Notes: generated from the sequence alone by a model not told the origin. 64,000 bases of DNA from Elusimicrobiota bacterium (GCA_027340875.1 DAIENX010000007.1:96001-160000); one strand, 5' to 3'. Positions 1-8,834 are shown, counted from the first letter of the stretch. A program made the numbers and translations.

Positions 1-456
1 GTCGGTGACGCGGTGGCTGCCGCGCACGGCCAACAACGCCTTCAGTATGCCGTCATGGGTCACGCCCTGCGCGGTCAGCAGGGCCTGGGCCGGGTCTCCG
101 GAAGACTTGGCTATGGCCAGGAACAGATGCTCCGTAGAGGCGAACTCGTCCTTGAAAACGACCATCTCCCTCTGCGCTTCATCCAGCACTTTCTTATAGG
201 CAAGGGAGAGGTACCGTTCTCCGCCGCTGACCTTGGGCAGCCCCTCGCAGCCGCGCACGGCGGCCGCTGCCAGGGCCTCGGGGCTCGCGCCCAGCTTGCG
301 GACCACGTCGGGGATCAGGCCTTCGGCCTGGGACAACAGGGCGAGCAGCAGATGAAGCGGCTCTACCTGCTGGTTGCCGAAGCGCCCGGCCTCGGCTTCC
401 GAGGCCTGTACCGCCTCCTGCGCCTTGATGGTGAACTTGTCGAACCTTATGCTCAT
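1..456 (-). CDS. clpB: ATP-dependent chaperone ClpB, N-terminal part (runs off window start)
   Basis: Not in the ORF track. Manual translation from ATG at 456 begins MSIRFDKFTIKAQEAVQASEAEAGRFGNQQVEPLHLLLALL and later reads DEFASTEHLFLAI...ALLAVRGSHRVTD, the double Clp-N domain typical of ClpB. SD GGAGGGG upstream. Confidence 0.9.
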   Translation of the reverse strand, partial: MSIRFDKFTIKAQEAVQASEAEAGRFGNQQVEPLHLLLALLSQAEGLIPDVVRKLGASPEALAAAAVRGCEGLPKVSGGERYLSLAYKKVLDEAQREMVVFKDEFASTEHLFLAIAKSSGDPAQALLTAQGVTHDGILKALLAVRGSHRVTD

Positions 457-542
457 GGCCCCTCCCTTACCCGGGGCGCCGACCGACTGTTCTGGGATAT
501 TCGCGGCCGGAAGGCCCGGGAACTTAAAGGTATTTCATTTAT

Positions 543-571
543 AGTATAAATAACTAGCAGTCATTTGTCAA
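543..571 (-). promoter_or_regulatory. sigma70-type promoter for clpB
   Basis: Minus strand TTGACA (571-566)-17 bp-TATACT (548-543), overlapping the CIRCE repeat. Confidence 0.75.
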
Positions 572-583
572 GACTGCTAGTTA
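551..583. promoter_or_regulatory. CIRCE-like operator (HrcA site) upstream of clpB
   Basis: Perfect 12-bp inverted repeat TAACTAGCAGTC-N9-GACTGCTAGTTA. The core CTAGCAGTC-N9-GACTGCTAG resembles CIRCE (TTAGCACTC-N9-GAGTGCTAA). Confidence 0.85.
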
Positions 584-626
584 TCATCTAGACCAGCTTA
601 CTCCATAGTTGGTAAGATGGGTTTAA

Positions 627-1397
627 ATGAGACAACTCATCCTCTGCCTGCTTTTAGCTTCCGCCTGCCCGCCGCCGGCCGCCGCCGGGGCCCCGGCGCA
701 GACCTCCGCGGAGGTCAAGGCCCTGCTCGAAAAGGTGGACCGCCTCTACCGCAGCTCCCGCTCCTACGCCGAGATCGAGATGGAGGTGCTGACCCCGGAC
801 TGGAAGCGCACGCTCTCGATGGACTTCTGGACCGAAGGCCTGGACAAGACCTTCATCCGCATCAACGCCCCGGCGCGCGACGCCGGCGCGGCCACGCTGC
901 GCAAGGGCAACGAGATGTGGAACTACTTCCCGAAGATAAACAAGGTGATGAAGGTCCCGCCGTCGATGATGCTGGGCTCCTGGATGGGCTCCGACTTCAC
1001 CAACGACGACCTGGTGAAGGAAAGCACGCTGATGGACGACTACACCGGCGACTTCTTCATCCCCGCCAAACCCGACCCGGCCTACTACTATATCCGCCTC
1101 ACCCCGAAGAAGGAGACCGTTTCGCTCTGGGCGGCGATAGAGCTGACCGTGGCGAAGGACACGCTGCTGCCCAGCCTTGAGCAGTATTTCGACGAAAAAG
1201 GCCGACTCCAGCGCACGATGGAGTTCTCTGATATTGCCGATATGGGCGGCCGGAAGCTGCCGAAGGTCATGAAGATGCTGCCGGTCTCCAACCCCGGCCA
1301 TAGCACCACGATACGCTACATCAAGGCGGAATTCGACGGGAAGCTGCCGGCCGACACCTTCTCGCTGCGCAACCTGCAGCGCGTCAGGGTTAAATAA
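627..1397 (+). CDS. Outer membrane lipoprotein-sorting protein (LolA-like)
   Basis: Signal peptide; motifs LRKGNEMWNYFP and SWMGSDFTNDDL; first gene of an ABC operon. Confidence 0.8.
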   Translation: MRQLILCLLLASACPPPAAAGAPAQTSAEVKALLEKVDRLYRSSRSYAEIEMEVLTPDWKRTLSMDFWTEGLDKTFIRINAPARDAGAATLRKGNEMWNYFPKINKVMKVPPSMMLGSWMGSDFTNDDLVKESTLMDDYTGDFFIPAKPDPAYYYIRLTPKKETVSLWAAIELTVAKDTLLPSLEQYFDEKGRLQRTMEFSDIADMGGRKLPKVMKMLPVSNPGHSTTIRYIKAEFDGKLPADTFSLRNLQRVRVK

Positions 1398-2614
1398 TGC
1401 TGATCTTCCGGATGGCCCTGCGCAACCTGCTGCGCAACCGGCGCCGGACGCTGCTGACCGGGCTGATGATGGCCGGCGGCTTCACGCTGTTCTCGGCCAC
1501 GCTGGCCCTCTCCGACGGCACCTACGGCTCCATCATAGACATGTTCACCCGCAGCCGCACCGGCCACGCGCAGGTACACGCCAAAGGTTACCTGGAAAAG
1601 CCCTCCTTGTACCGCTCCATCTCCGGCCTGGACCGCGTAGGCCGGGTGCTGGACGGACAGAAGGTGGTCCGGGCCTGGACCCCGCGCGTCTACACCCCGG
1701 CGCTGGCCTTCGCCGGCTCAAAGACCGTAGGCGCGCAGGTAATGGGCATAGACCCGGCGCGCGAGCGCAAGGCCATGCGCCTGGAATCCCAGCTGGCGGA
1801 AGGCGCTTTCATCCCTGACAAGCTCTCCGACGGCGCGGTCATAAGCGCCCGCCTCGCCTCGGCGCTCAACCTGAAGCCCGGCGACGAGTTCTCGCTGATA
1901 GGCCAGGGCGCCGACGGCTCCATAGCCAACGACAACTTCCGGGTGGCCGGCGTCCTGTCGGCCACCGAATCCTCCTTCGAAGGGCCGTGGTGCCTGCTGC
2001 ACATAGGCAAGGCCCGCGAGTTCCTGGCGCTGGGCGACAAGGCCCACGAGATAGCGCTGGTATTCACCGACTACCGCAAGGCCCGCGAGGACGCGGCCAT
2101 CGTCGGCGCGGCCCTCGCGGACCCGGCGCTGGACGTAGAGCCGTGGCAGGTGACTGAGAAGGAGTTCTACCAGGCTATGCTGCTCGACAAGAAGGGCGGC
2201 GACATCACCAACTTCATCATAATGTGCATCGTGGCGGTCGGCGTGCTGAACACCATATTGATGGCGGTGCTGGAGCGCACGCGCGAGTACGGCGTGCTGA
2301 AGGCGCTGGGCACACGCCCCGCTTTCATCTTCTGGCTTATCATGGCCGAGGTAACGCTGCTGGCCATAGCCGCCGCGGCGGCGGGGGCGCTTTTCTCGCT
2401 GGGGCTGAACCACTACCTCTCCGTCCACGGCATACCGATACCCGAGCCCATCAGCTACGGCGGCGTGAAGTTCACCAAGATGATCTCGTCGATCACCGCC
2501 TTCTCCTTCATCCGGCCCGCCTACACCGTGCTGGCGGCGGCTCTGATAGTAGGCGTATTCCCGGCGCTGAAGGCAGCGCGCGTGACGCCCATAAAGGCGC
2601 TGGGGAGCCGCTGA
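1397..2614 (+). CDS. ABC transporter permease, FtsX/LolC-E/MacB-like
   Basis: ALRNLLRNRRRT N-terminus, large periplasmic domain, ERTREYGVLKALG motif. Confidence 0.9.
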   Translation: MLIFRMALRNLLRNRRRTLLTGLMMAGGFTLFSATLALSDGTYGSIIDMFTRSRTGHAQVHAKGYLEKPSLYRSISGLDRVGRVLDGQKVVRAWTPRVYTPALAFAGSKTVGAQVMGIDPARERKAMRLESQLAEGAFIPDKLSDGAVISARLASALNLKPGDEFSLIGQGADGSIANDNFRVAGVLSATESSFEGPWCLLHIGKAREFLALGDKAHEIALVFTDYRKAREDAAIVGAALADPALDVEPWQVTEKEFYQAMLLDKKGGDITNFIIMCIVAVGVLNTILMAVLERTREYGVLKALGTRPAFIFWLIMAEVTLLAIAAAAAGALFSLGLNHYLSVHGIPIPEPISYGGVKFTKMISSITAFSFIRPAYTVLAAALIVGVFPALKAARVTPIKALGSR

Positions 2615-3834
2615 TGTTCTACCTGAAGCTCGCCTGGCGCAACAACCTGCGCAACAAGCGCAGGACCTTCCTGGCGGCGCTCGCCGTGGGACTTGGCCTG
2701 GCCGCGCTGATCTTCACCGACGCCATCTCGGTAGGCATGCTGAAGGGACTGATAGACACGGCCACCGGCACTTTCATGGGGCAGGCCCAGATACACCGCA
2801 AGGGCTTCATGGACACGATGGACTCGGACCTGCAGGTGGCCGGCGGGCCGCGCCTGCTGGCGGAGCTGACGGCCGACCCGCTGGTGGCGCGCGCCGCGCC
2901 GCGGGCCGTCGCGTTCGCGATGATAGCCTCTCCGTCCAACTCCGGCTCGGTACTGCTCTACGGCCTGGACCCGGAGGCCGAGCGCGGCGTCTCCCGCCTG
3001 GACCGGACCGTAAGGACCGGCGACTTCCTGAAAGAGGACGGCGACACGGTGGTGATAGGCGCGAAGCTGGCCGACACGCTGGGCGTGGAGCTGGGCGACA
3101 AGGTGGTCCTGACGGCCGCCGCGGCCGGAGGCGGGGACCTGGCTCAGGCCCTGTTCCGCGTGGGCGGGATAATGAACTCGGGCTCGCGCGCGATGGATTC
3201 CAATTTCGCTTTCATCAGGCTGGACCGGGCGCAGAAGCTGCTGAACCTGCGCGGCGGCTTCCACGAAATAGCGGTGGCATTCAAGGACCTCCGGACGGCC
3301 GAGGACAAGAGTCTCAAATTCTGGAGCAGTTACGGCGGCGGCGGCAACGAGGCCAAGGGCTGGCCGGAACTGGTGCCGGAGCTCGCGGCCGCGAAGAGCA
3401 TGTCGGCCTTCGGCATCTTCATCACGGCGGTGATACTGTCCGGCATAGTCGCGCTTGGCATCATGAACACTCTGTTCATGTCGCTCTACGAGCGCATGTT
3501 CGAGTTCGGGGTGCTGCGCGCGCTGGGCACGCGGCCCTGGCGGATGGGGCTGATGATAGTGAGCGAGGCCGGCGCGCTGTCCCTGATAAGCTCCGTGGTC
3601 GGCATGGCCATCGGCCTGCTCGCCTGCCGGCTGGTGGGCATACACGGGCTGGACTATACCGGCGTGGACTACGCCGGCATAACGATGCTCGAGCCCATCC
3701 GCCCGATGTTCCGGGCGCTGCAGTACTGGCTGTACCCGGCGGCGCTCTTCGTCTTCACGCTGCTCGTCAGCCTTTACCCGGCCGTCTACGCCGCCCGCAT
3801 GAACCCCATCAACGCCATGCGGAGGAGCCTGTGA
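2614..3834 (+). CDS. ABC transporter permease, FtsX/LolC-E/MacB-like (second paralogue)
   Basis: Start at the TGATG overlap (MFYLKLAWRNNLRNKRRT); ERMFEFGVLRALG motif. Confidence 0.9.
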   Translation: MFYLKLAWRNNLRNKRRTFLAALAVGLGLAALIFTDAISVGMLKGLIDTATGTFMGQAQIHRKGFMDTMDSDLQVAGGPRLLAELTADPLVARAAPRAVAFAMIASPSNSGSVLLYGLDPEAERGVSRLDRTVRTGDFLKEDGDTVVIGAKLADTLGVELGDKVVLTAAAAGGGDLAQALFRVGGIMNSGSRAMDSNFAFIRLDRAQKLLNLRGGFHEIAVAFKDLRTAEDKSLKFWSSYGGGGNEAKGWPELVPELAAAKSMSAFGIFITAVILSGIVALGIMNTLFMSLYERMFEFGVLRALGTRPWRMGLMIVSEAGALSLISSVVGMAIGLLACRLVGIHGLDYTGVDYAGITMLEPIRPMFRALQYWLYPAALFVFTLLVSLYPAVYAARMNPINAMRRSL

Positions 3835-3965
3835 GGCCGCCGCGGGGACGGAACGCAAAACACGGCGTCGGCCACACCGTGGCCGCGCCTCGACACTCGG
3901 CCTCGTCGCTTACGCAAGCCTCGGCCTCCGCGACGGTTTTGCTTATCCGCTCCCCGCGTCGACCT
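3835..3965 (-). repeat. Structured palindromic intergenic element, copy A (REP/MITE-like family)
   Basis: Long terminal stem CGCGGGGA..GCAAAAC / GTTTTGC..TCCCCGCG and internal hairpin GGCCACACCGTGGCC. Its reverse complement aligns with 27549-27697 and 4859-4992. Confidence 0.75.
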
Positions 3966-4114
3966 CTCCACCAATGCACAAATCACAATTGAAATCCGCA
4001 GTAATACTTATCGCAGAGGCGATTGCTAGGGATATAATCGGTTTGTGGTATTCTTAATGTTTTATCACATCTCGTATGATAAGCTCATACCAAAATTTGG
4101 CTGAGGACACTTTT

Positions 4115-4540
4115 ATGCGATTTTTATTAATTGGACTCTTGCTTTCATTATCGGGATGCAGTCGAATTGAATTTTATCGTACCTGGAACGGCACACAGCC
4201 TATACCAACTGAACGGGAACGAAACGAATACATTAGACAGAATACGACGTTACCTCAAGACATTAAAGAAAAGATTCTATCCGGCAAAGCTGCACAAGGC
4301 ATGACTGAGGCAGATGTCGTGGCCATTTTTGGCAAACCGTGCGGGCGCTATGAAACAGGAACCGGGTATACCCGGTGGGACTACAATTACAACGAAAATG
4401 GATTTATGTCCTCCGGGACGTGTTATAACGAAAGCAATCAAAGTGTTTATTTCAAAGAAACCAAAGTTGCCTTTGCTAATAAAAAAGACTTCCAGGATTT
4501 TCTGAAGGATGAAGAGGATAGGGAAAAAAACGAAAATTAA
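4115..4540 (+). CDS. AT-rich lipoprotein, SmpA/OmlA(BamE)-like domain; 5' half of a possibly frameshifted gene
   Basis: SD GAGGA, lipobox LSGC, motif ILSGKAAQGMTEADVVAIFGKP. Much lower GC than the flanks. Confidence 0.7.
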   Translation: MRFLLIGLLLSLSGCSRIEFYRTWNGTQPIPTERERNEYIRQNTTLPQDIKEKILSGKAAQGMTEADVVAIFGKPCGRYETGTGYTRWDYNYNENGFMSSGTCYNESNQSVYFKETKVAFANKKDFQDFLKDEEDREKNEN

Positions 4541-4769
4541 GAAGAAAAAAGAATACATAAAGCGAAAAGGGTTAGATAAAACCTCTGCGGACAACATCCT
4601 GAACGGGAAAGTATCTCTAGGAATGTCGAGCGAAGACGTTGAGATATCGTGGGGAAAACCCAGAGACATCAATCGCACTGTTGGCGCTTGGGGCGTGCAT
4701 GAACAATGGATTTACGGTGACACCTATCTCTACTTTGAGAATGGAAAATTAACTAGTTGGCAAGATTAA
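4509..4769 (+). CDS. AT-rich SmpA/OmlA-like domain ORF; likely the 3' half of the upstream lipoprotein (+1 frame)
   Basis: ILNGKVSLGMSSEDVEISWGKP..EQWIYG..YLYFENGKL repeats the upstream domain. Overlaps it across an A7 run at 4524-4530. Confidence 0.6.
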   Translation: MKRIGKKTKIKKKKEYIKRKGLDKTSADNILNGKVSLGMSSEDVEISWGKPRDINRTVGAWGVHEQWIYGDTYLYFENGKLTSWQD

Positions 4770-4858
4770 TTTAAACAACAATTCAATTGTTGTAAGTTAG
4801 CGTTTTATTATTGCGTGGTTATGCATAAGAGTCGCTGTGAAGTCACAAGCACTCAGGA

Positions 4859-4992
4859 GGGGCGGGCGGCGGTATGGGTCCGGCGGGCCGTCGCGGACCG
4901 AAGCCGCTTGCGCAGCGCGGCGAGGGAGTGACGAGGGGCGAGCACGGTGTGCGAGACCCCGTGCCCGACGGACCCATACTCCGACAAGCCCC
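4859..4992 (+). repeat. Structured palindromic intergenic element, copy B
   Basis: Stem GGTATGGGTCCGGCGGGC / GCCCGACGGACCCATACT. Inner sequence CCGTCGCGGA..GCTTGCG..GAGTG.CGAGG..CACGGTGTG..GAC.CCGTG is shared with the reverse complement of copy A. Confidence 0.7.
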
Positions 4993-5028
4993 GACTTCGC
5001 ATCTCGCGGCACTTGAGGACTGTTTTTT

Positions 5029-5724
5029 ATGGAAAAAGACAATGTGATAGAGACCAAAGGGGTCACGAAGACCTACCAGAGCGGGGAGGTGAAGGTGCAC
5101 GCGCTGCACCCGGTGGACCTCGTCATCGCCCGCGGCGAGTTCACCGCCATAGCCGGCCCCAGCGGCTCCGGCAAGACCACGCTCCTCAACATCATCAGCG
5201 GCCTCGACAACCCCAGCTCCGGCAGGATCCGCCTCGCCGGCCGCGAAATAAGCTCGATGAGCCAGTCCGAGCTCTCGGATTTCCGCCGCGACCACATAGG
5301 CTTCATCTTCCAGGCCTACAACCTCATACCCGTCCTCACCGTCGGCGAGAACATAGAGTACGTGATGCTGCTGCGCGGCGTGCCCGCCGGCGAGCGCGCC
5401 GACAGAGTAAGACGCATCCTCGACGAGGTAGGCCTCTCCGGCAAGCAGGGCCGCTTCCCGTCACAGCTTTCCGGCGGCCAGCAGCAGCGCGTCGCCATAG
5501 CCCGCGCGATGGTCTCCGGCCCGGACATCATCCTCGCCGACGAGCCCACCGCGAACCTCGACTCCGCCACCGGCGGCGCGCTGATGGACATGATGCGCGA
5601 GCTCAACGAGAAGCGCGGCATGACCTTCCTGTTCTCCACCCACGACAGAATGATAATGGACAAGTCCACGCGCCTGGTAACCCTTAAGGACGGCCGCGTG
5701 GAATCGGACACCGTTAAGAAATGA
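5029..5724 (+). CDS. ABC transporter ATP-binding protein (LolD/MacB-like)
   Basis: Walker A GPSGSGKT, signature LSGGQQQRV, Walker B ILADEPTANLD. Confidence 0.95.
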   Translation: MEKDNVIETKGVTKTYQSGEVKVHALHPVDLVIARGEFTAIAGPSGSGKTTLLNIISGLDNPSSGRIRLAGREISSMSQSELSDFRRDHIGFIFQAYNLIPVLTVGENIEYVMLLRGVPAGERADRVRRILDEVGLSGKQGRFPSQLSGGQQQRVAIARAMVSGPDIILADEPTANLDSATGGALMDMMRELNEKRGMTFLFSTHDRMIMDKSTRLVTLKDGRVESDTVKK

Positions 5725-6950
5725 GGAACCTTCTTGCGGCTCTGGCCCTGCTGCTGCCCGCCATCCCGGCTGGCGCGGCCGACCTGTCGCTCAAGGGTTT
5801 CCTCAAGACCTACCTGTATTCCACCGAGCCGGCCGCGGTGCGCGGCCTGCCCGGCCAGCCGGATGGCGCGTACGCCGCCAGCGAGACAAAGCTGCGGCTG
5901 AAGACCTACTGGGACAGTGGCGGTCCCCTTAAGGCCGAGGCCGCCTACGAGCTGATCTACGACTCCCGGGAAAAGGCACTGGCCGCCGCCAGGCCGTTAA
6001 CGGCCGGCTACGGCTACCGCGTCTCCGACCCCTCCCCCGTACTCGCTCCGGCCGCCGGAGGCGAGAGTTCCTCCGCCGCGCTGCTCCAGAACCTGGACCG
6101 GGCCTTCGTCACCTGGTCGCCGGCCGCTTTCGACCTGTACGCCGGCCGCCAGCCGCTGGCCTTCGGCTCCGGCCGCACCGTCAACCCCACGGACGTGCTG
6201 GCCCCTTACCCTTACGGCACCATAGACACCGAGGAGCGCCGCGGGGTGGACGCCCTCAGGCTCAAGCGGCCCCTTGGCGAGATGGGCGAGCTGGACGCCG
6301 GCTGGCTGCCGGGAAAGGACTGGTCCCGGAGCGATAGCGCGGCCTTCCTGCGGGCGCGGGACACCATCGGCCGGAACGACCTCACGGTCATAACCGCGGC
6401 CTTCCGCGGCAACCTGATGGCCGGCGGGGACCTGGAGCGCGACATAGGCGGCGCCACTTTCCGCGCCGAGGCGGCCCAGGTCTGGGCCGGCAGCTTACAG
6501 AACCGCCTGCCCGGCGACGACTTCTTCCGGCTGACCGCGGGAGCGGAGTACAACTTCCCCCTGCTGGGCGGCCTGGATTCCTGGCTGGAGTACCATTACA
6601 ACGGCGCCGGCAAGGACAAGCCGGCCGATTACCCCTCGCTGGCGGCCAGAACCGCCTACCGGGAGGCCAACGTCTACCTGCTGGGCAGGAACTACCTGTC
6701 CTGCGGGGCGGGGGCCCAGCTTTCCCCGCTGTTCTCGGCCTCAGCCGGCCTTATGGTCAACCTTGGGGACGGGTCCCTCTATGCCCTGCCCTCCGCGGAG
6801 TGGAACGCCGCCGAGAACCTATATCTCTCGGCGGGAGCGCTGCTGCCGTCCGGGCCGGGAGCCCGCCTCAGCGGCCTGGCCGCCCGCCCCGCCTCAGAGT
6901 TCGGGCTGTATGACAGGTCCCTCTACCTCTCCCTGAGGAAGTACTTCTAG
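5721..6950 (+). CDS. Putative outer membrane beta-barrel protein
   Basis: Signal peptide, LDRAFV..AGRQ..FG..NPTD motif, C-terminal LRKYF; last gene of the ABC operon. Confidence 0.7.
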   Translation: MRNLLAALALLLPAIPAGAADLSLKGFLKTYLYSTEPAAVRGLPGQPDGAYAASETKLRLKTYWDSGGPLKAEAAYELIYDSREKALAAARPLTAGYGYRVSDPSPVLAPAAGGESSSAALLQNLDRAFVTWSPAAFDLYAGRQPLAFGSGRTVNPTDVLAPYPYGTIDTEERRGVDALRLKRPLGEMGELDAGWLPGKDWSRSDSAAFLRARDTIGRNDLTVITAAFRGNLMAGGDLERDIGGATFRAEAAQVWAGSLQNRLPGDDFFRLTAGAEYNFPLLGGLDSWLEYHYNGAGKDKPADYPSLAARTAYREANVYLLGRNYLSCGAGAQLSPLFSASAGLMVNLGDGSLYALPSAEWNAAENLYLSAGALLPSGPGARLSGLAARPASEFGLYDRSLYLSLRKYF

Positions 6951-7079
6951 GGCCGCAGGCCGTTTTTCCGCGCTTTAGGGCCTTTATTTATTATAAAATA
7001 CAGGAATAGTGGCGGGACGCCCCCCAAAAAGGGCCTCCGGTCACAGGTTTTCATATTCAAATGTAAGGCAGGAAAGCTA

Positions 7080-7940
7080 ATGGCGAATAAAGTTCTGGCG
7101 GAAATAGGCGTGATCGGCGGTACCGGCCTGTACGCCATGCAGGAACTTAAGATCCTCCGGGAGATAAAGGTCAAAACCCCCTTCGGCGACCCCTCGGACA
7201 AGATAATCCTGGGCTCCATCTCCGGCATCAAGGTAGCCTTCCTCCCGCGCCACGGCCGCAAGCACCACCTGCTCCCGGGAGAGATAAACCAGCGCGCCAA
7301 CATGTGGGCGCTCAAGTCCATAGGCGTGAAGACCATCATCTCCGCCAGCGCGGTAGGCTCGCTCAAGGAAAAGCTGGCCCCCACCCATTTCGTCTTCCCC
7401 GACCAGTTCGTCGACAGGACCAAGGGCCGCCCCTCCACCTTCTTCGGCGGCGGCATAGTCGGCCACGTGCCCATGGCCGAGCCGTTCTGCATGGGCGTCT
7501 CCGACATGATATACAAGGAAGCCGTGAAACTGGGCATCAAGGCCCACAAGGGCGGTACCTATATCTGCATGGAGGGCCCCGGCTTCTCCACCAAGGCCGA
7601 GTCCGAATTCCATCGCAAGATGGGCTACGACATCATCGGCATGACGATGGCCACCGAGGCGAAGCTCGCCCGCGAGGCCGGCTTCCACTACGCTCCCGTC
7701 TCGCTGGTCACCGATTACGACTGCTGGAAGGAAGGCGAGGAAGTGGACCAGCACCAGGTCTCCGAGACCATGCACAAGAACATAGGCAATATCCGCCGCC
7801 TGCTGGTGAAGATACTGCCGCTGGTGGCCGAGGCCGGCTGCCGCAACGGCTGCCCGTCCTTCTCGAAGAACTCTTTGCTGACGCACCGGGAGAACTTCCC
7901 TCCGAAGACCTACAAGAAACTGAAGCTGATACTGGGATAA
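7080..7940 (+). CDS. mtnP: S-methyl-5'-thioadenosine phosphorylase
   Basis: IGVIGGTG, FLPRHGRKH, SAVGSL, MEGPGFSTKAES and VTDYDCW motifs. Confidence 0.92.
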   Translation: MANKVLAEIGVIGGTGLYAMQELKILREIKVKTPFGDPSDKIILGSISGIKVAFLPRHGRKHHLLPGEINQRANMWALKSIGVKTIISASAVGSLKEKLAPTHFVFPDQFVDRTKGRPSTFFGGGIVGHVPMAEPFCMGVSDMIYKEAVKLGIKAHKGGTYICMEGPGFSTKAESEFHRKMGYDIIGMTMATEAKLAREAGFHYAPVSLVTDYDCWKEGEEVDQHQVSETMHKNIGNIRRLLVKILPLVAEAGCRNGCPSFSKNSLLTHRENFPPKTYKKLKLILG

Positions 7941-7944
7941 GACA

Positions 7945-8385
7945 ATGGCCAAGAAGACAGCAGGGAAAAAAGAGCGCGGGAACTGGAAGCTGCGCCTGAT
8001 AGAGGCGGCCAAGTCGGCGCAGAAGAAGGCCTACTGCCCCTATTCCCGCTACCCCGTCGGCGCGGCGGTGCTGACCGATTCCGGCAGGCTCTACACCGGC
8101 TGCAACGTGGAGAACGCCTCGTTCGGGCTGGCGATGTGCGCGGAGCGGGTGGCCATCTTCAAGGCCGTCAGCCACGGCGACAAGAAGATCAAGGCCGTCT
8201 GCGTGGCGGCCAAGTCCGCCAAGCCCTGCGGCGCCTGCCGGCAGGTGATAATAGAGTTCGCCCCCAAGGACGCGGACATAATCTACGTGGACTGGTTCCC
8301 GATGGCCAAGAAGCAGAAAGTTACCTACACCAAGGCCGGCAAACTGCTGCCGCAGGCCTTCGACCCGTCGGAAGCGGGATTGTAA
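7945..8385 (+). CDS. cdd: Cytidine deaminase
   Basis: AYCPYSRYPVGAA, GCNVENASFG, CAERVA and PCGACRQ motifs. Confidence 0.95.
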   Translation: MAKKTAGKKERGNWKLRLIEAAKSAQKKAYCPYSRYPVGAAVLTDSGRLYTGCNVENASFGLAMCAERVAIFKAVSHGDKKIKAVCVAAKSAKPCGACRQVIIEFAPKDADIIYVDWFPMAKKQKVTYTKAGKLLPQAFDPSEAGL

Positions 8386-8405
8386 AATTTACTGGAGGTG
8401 CATTT

Positions 8406-8783
8406 ATGGACGTCAAGACCCTTACTAAGATCACCAAGTGGATGGAATCCACCGACCTAGAGGAGATAACCTGGAGGAGCGGGGACGACAAGATCTCGCT
8501 GAAGCTCAACAACAACCCGGAGCACAACGCCTCGATCTCCTCGTCGATGGAGCCCGTGCTCTCCCCTTCCATAGGCATATTCCGCTTCGCCCGCCCTGGC
8601 AAGACCAACCATCTGAAGGAGGGCTCCTCCATGAAGTCCGGCCAGGAGCTCGGCGTGGTGGAGGTGGGCAAGGAATTCAAGAGCGTGCAGGCGCCCGCGA
8701 ACGGCCTGCTGAAGATCATCTCGATCTCCGACGGCAAGCCGGTGGAATACGGCCAGCCGTTGTTCTTCTTCGAGCCCAAGTAA
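8406..8783 (+). CDS. accB: Biotin carboxyl carrier protein-like (degenerate biotinylation motif)
   Basis: SD GGAGG; SPSIGIF and DGKPVEYGQPLF match BCCP; EAMKM replaced by EVGKE; accC lies two genes downstream. Confidence 0.7.
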   Translation: MDVKTLTKITKWMESTDLEEITWRSGDDKISLKLNNNPEHNASISSSMEPVLSPSIGIFRFARPGKTNHLKEGSSMKSGQELGVVEVGKEFKSVQAPANGLLKIISISDGKPVEYGQPLFFFEPK

Positions 8784-8834
8784 GCTACGCCCACCGCCCC
8801 GGCCCCCCCGCGGCCGGGCGCCGGGCGCCCATAC

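Noticed and set aside
13..549. Plus-strand ORFs 13-549 and 5-199
   Set aside because: Antisense shadows of clpB, which is on the minus strand and missing from the track because it runs off the window.
4770..4858. Integron attC site after the AT-rich cassette
   Set aside because: A GTTAGCG is present, but there is no convincing complementary R''/L boxes hairpin and no integrase.
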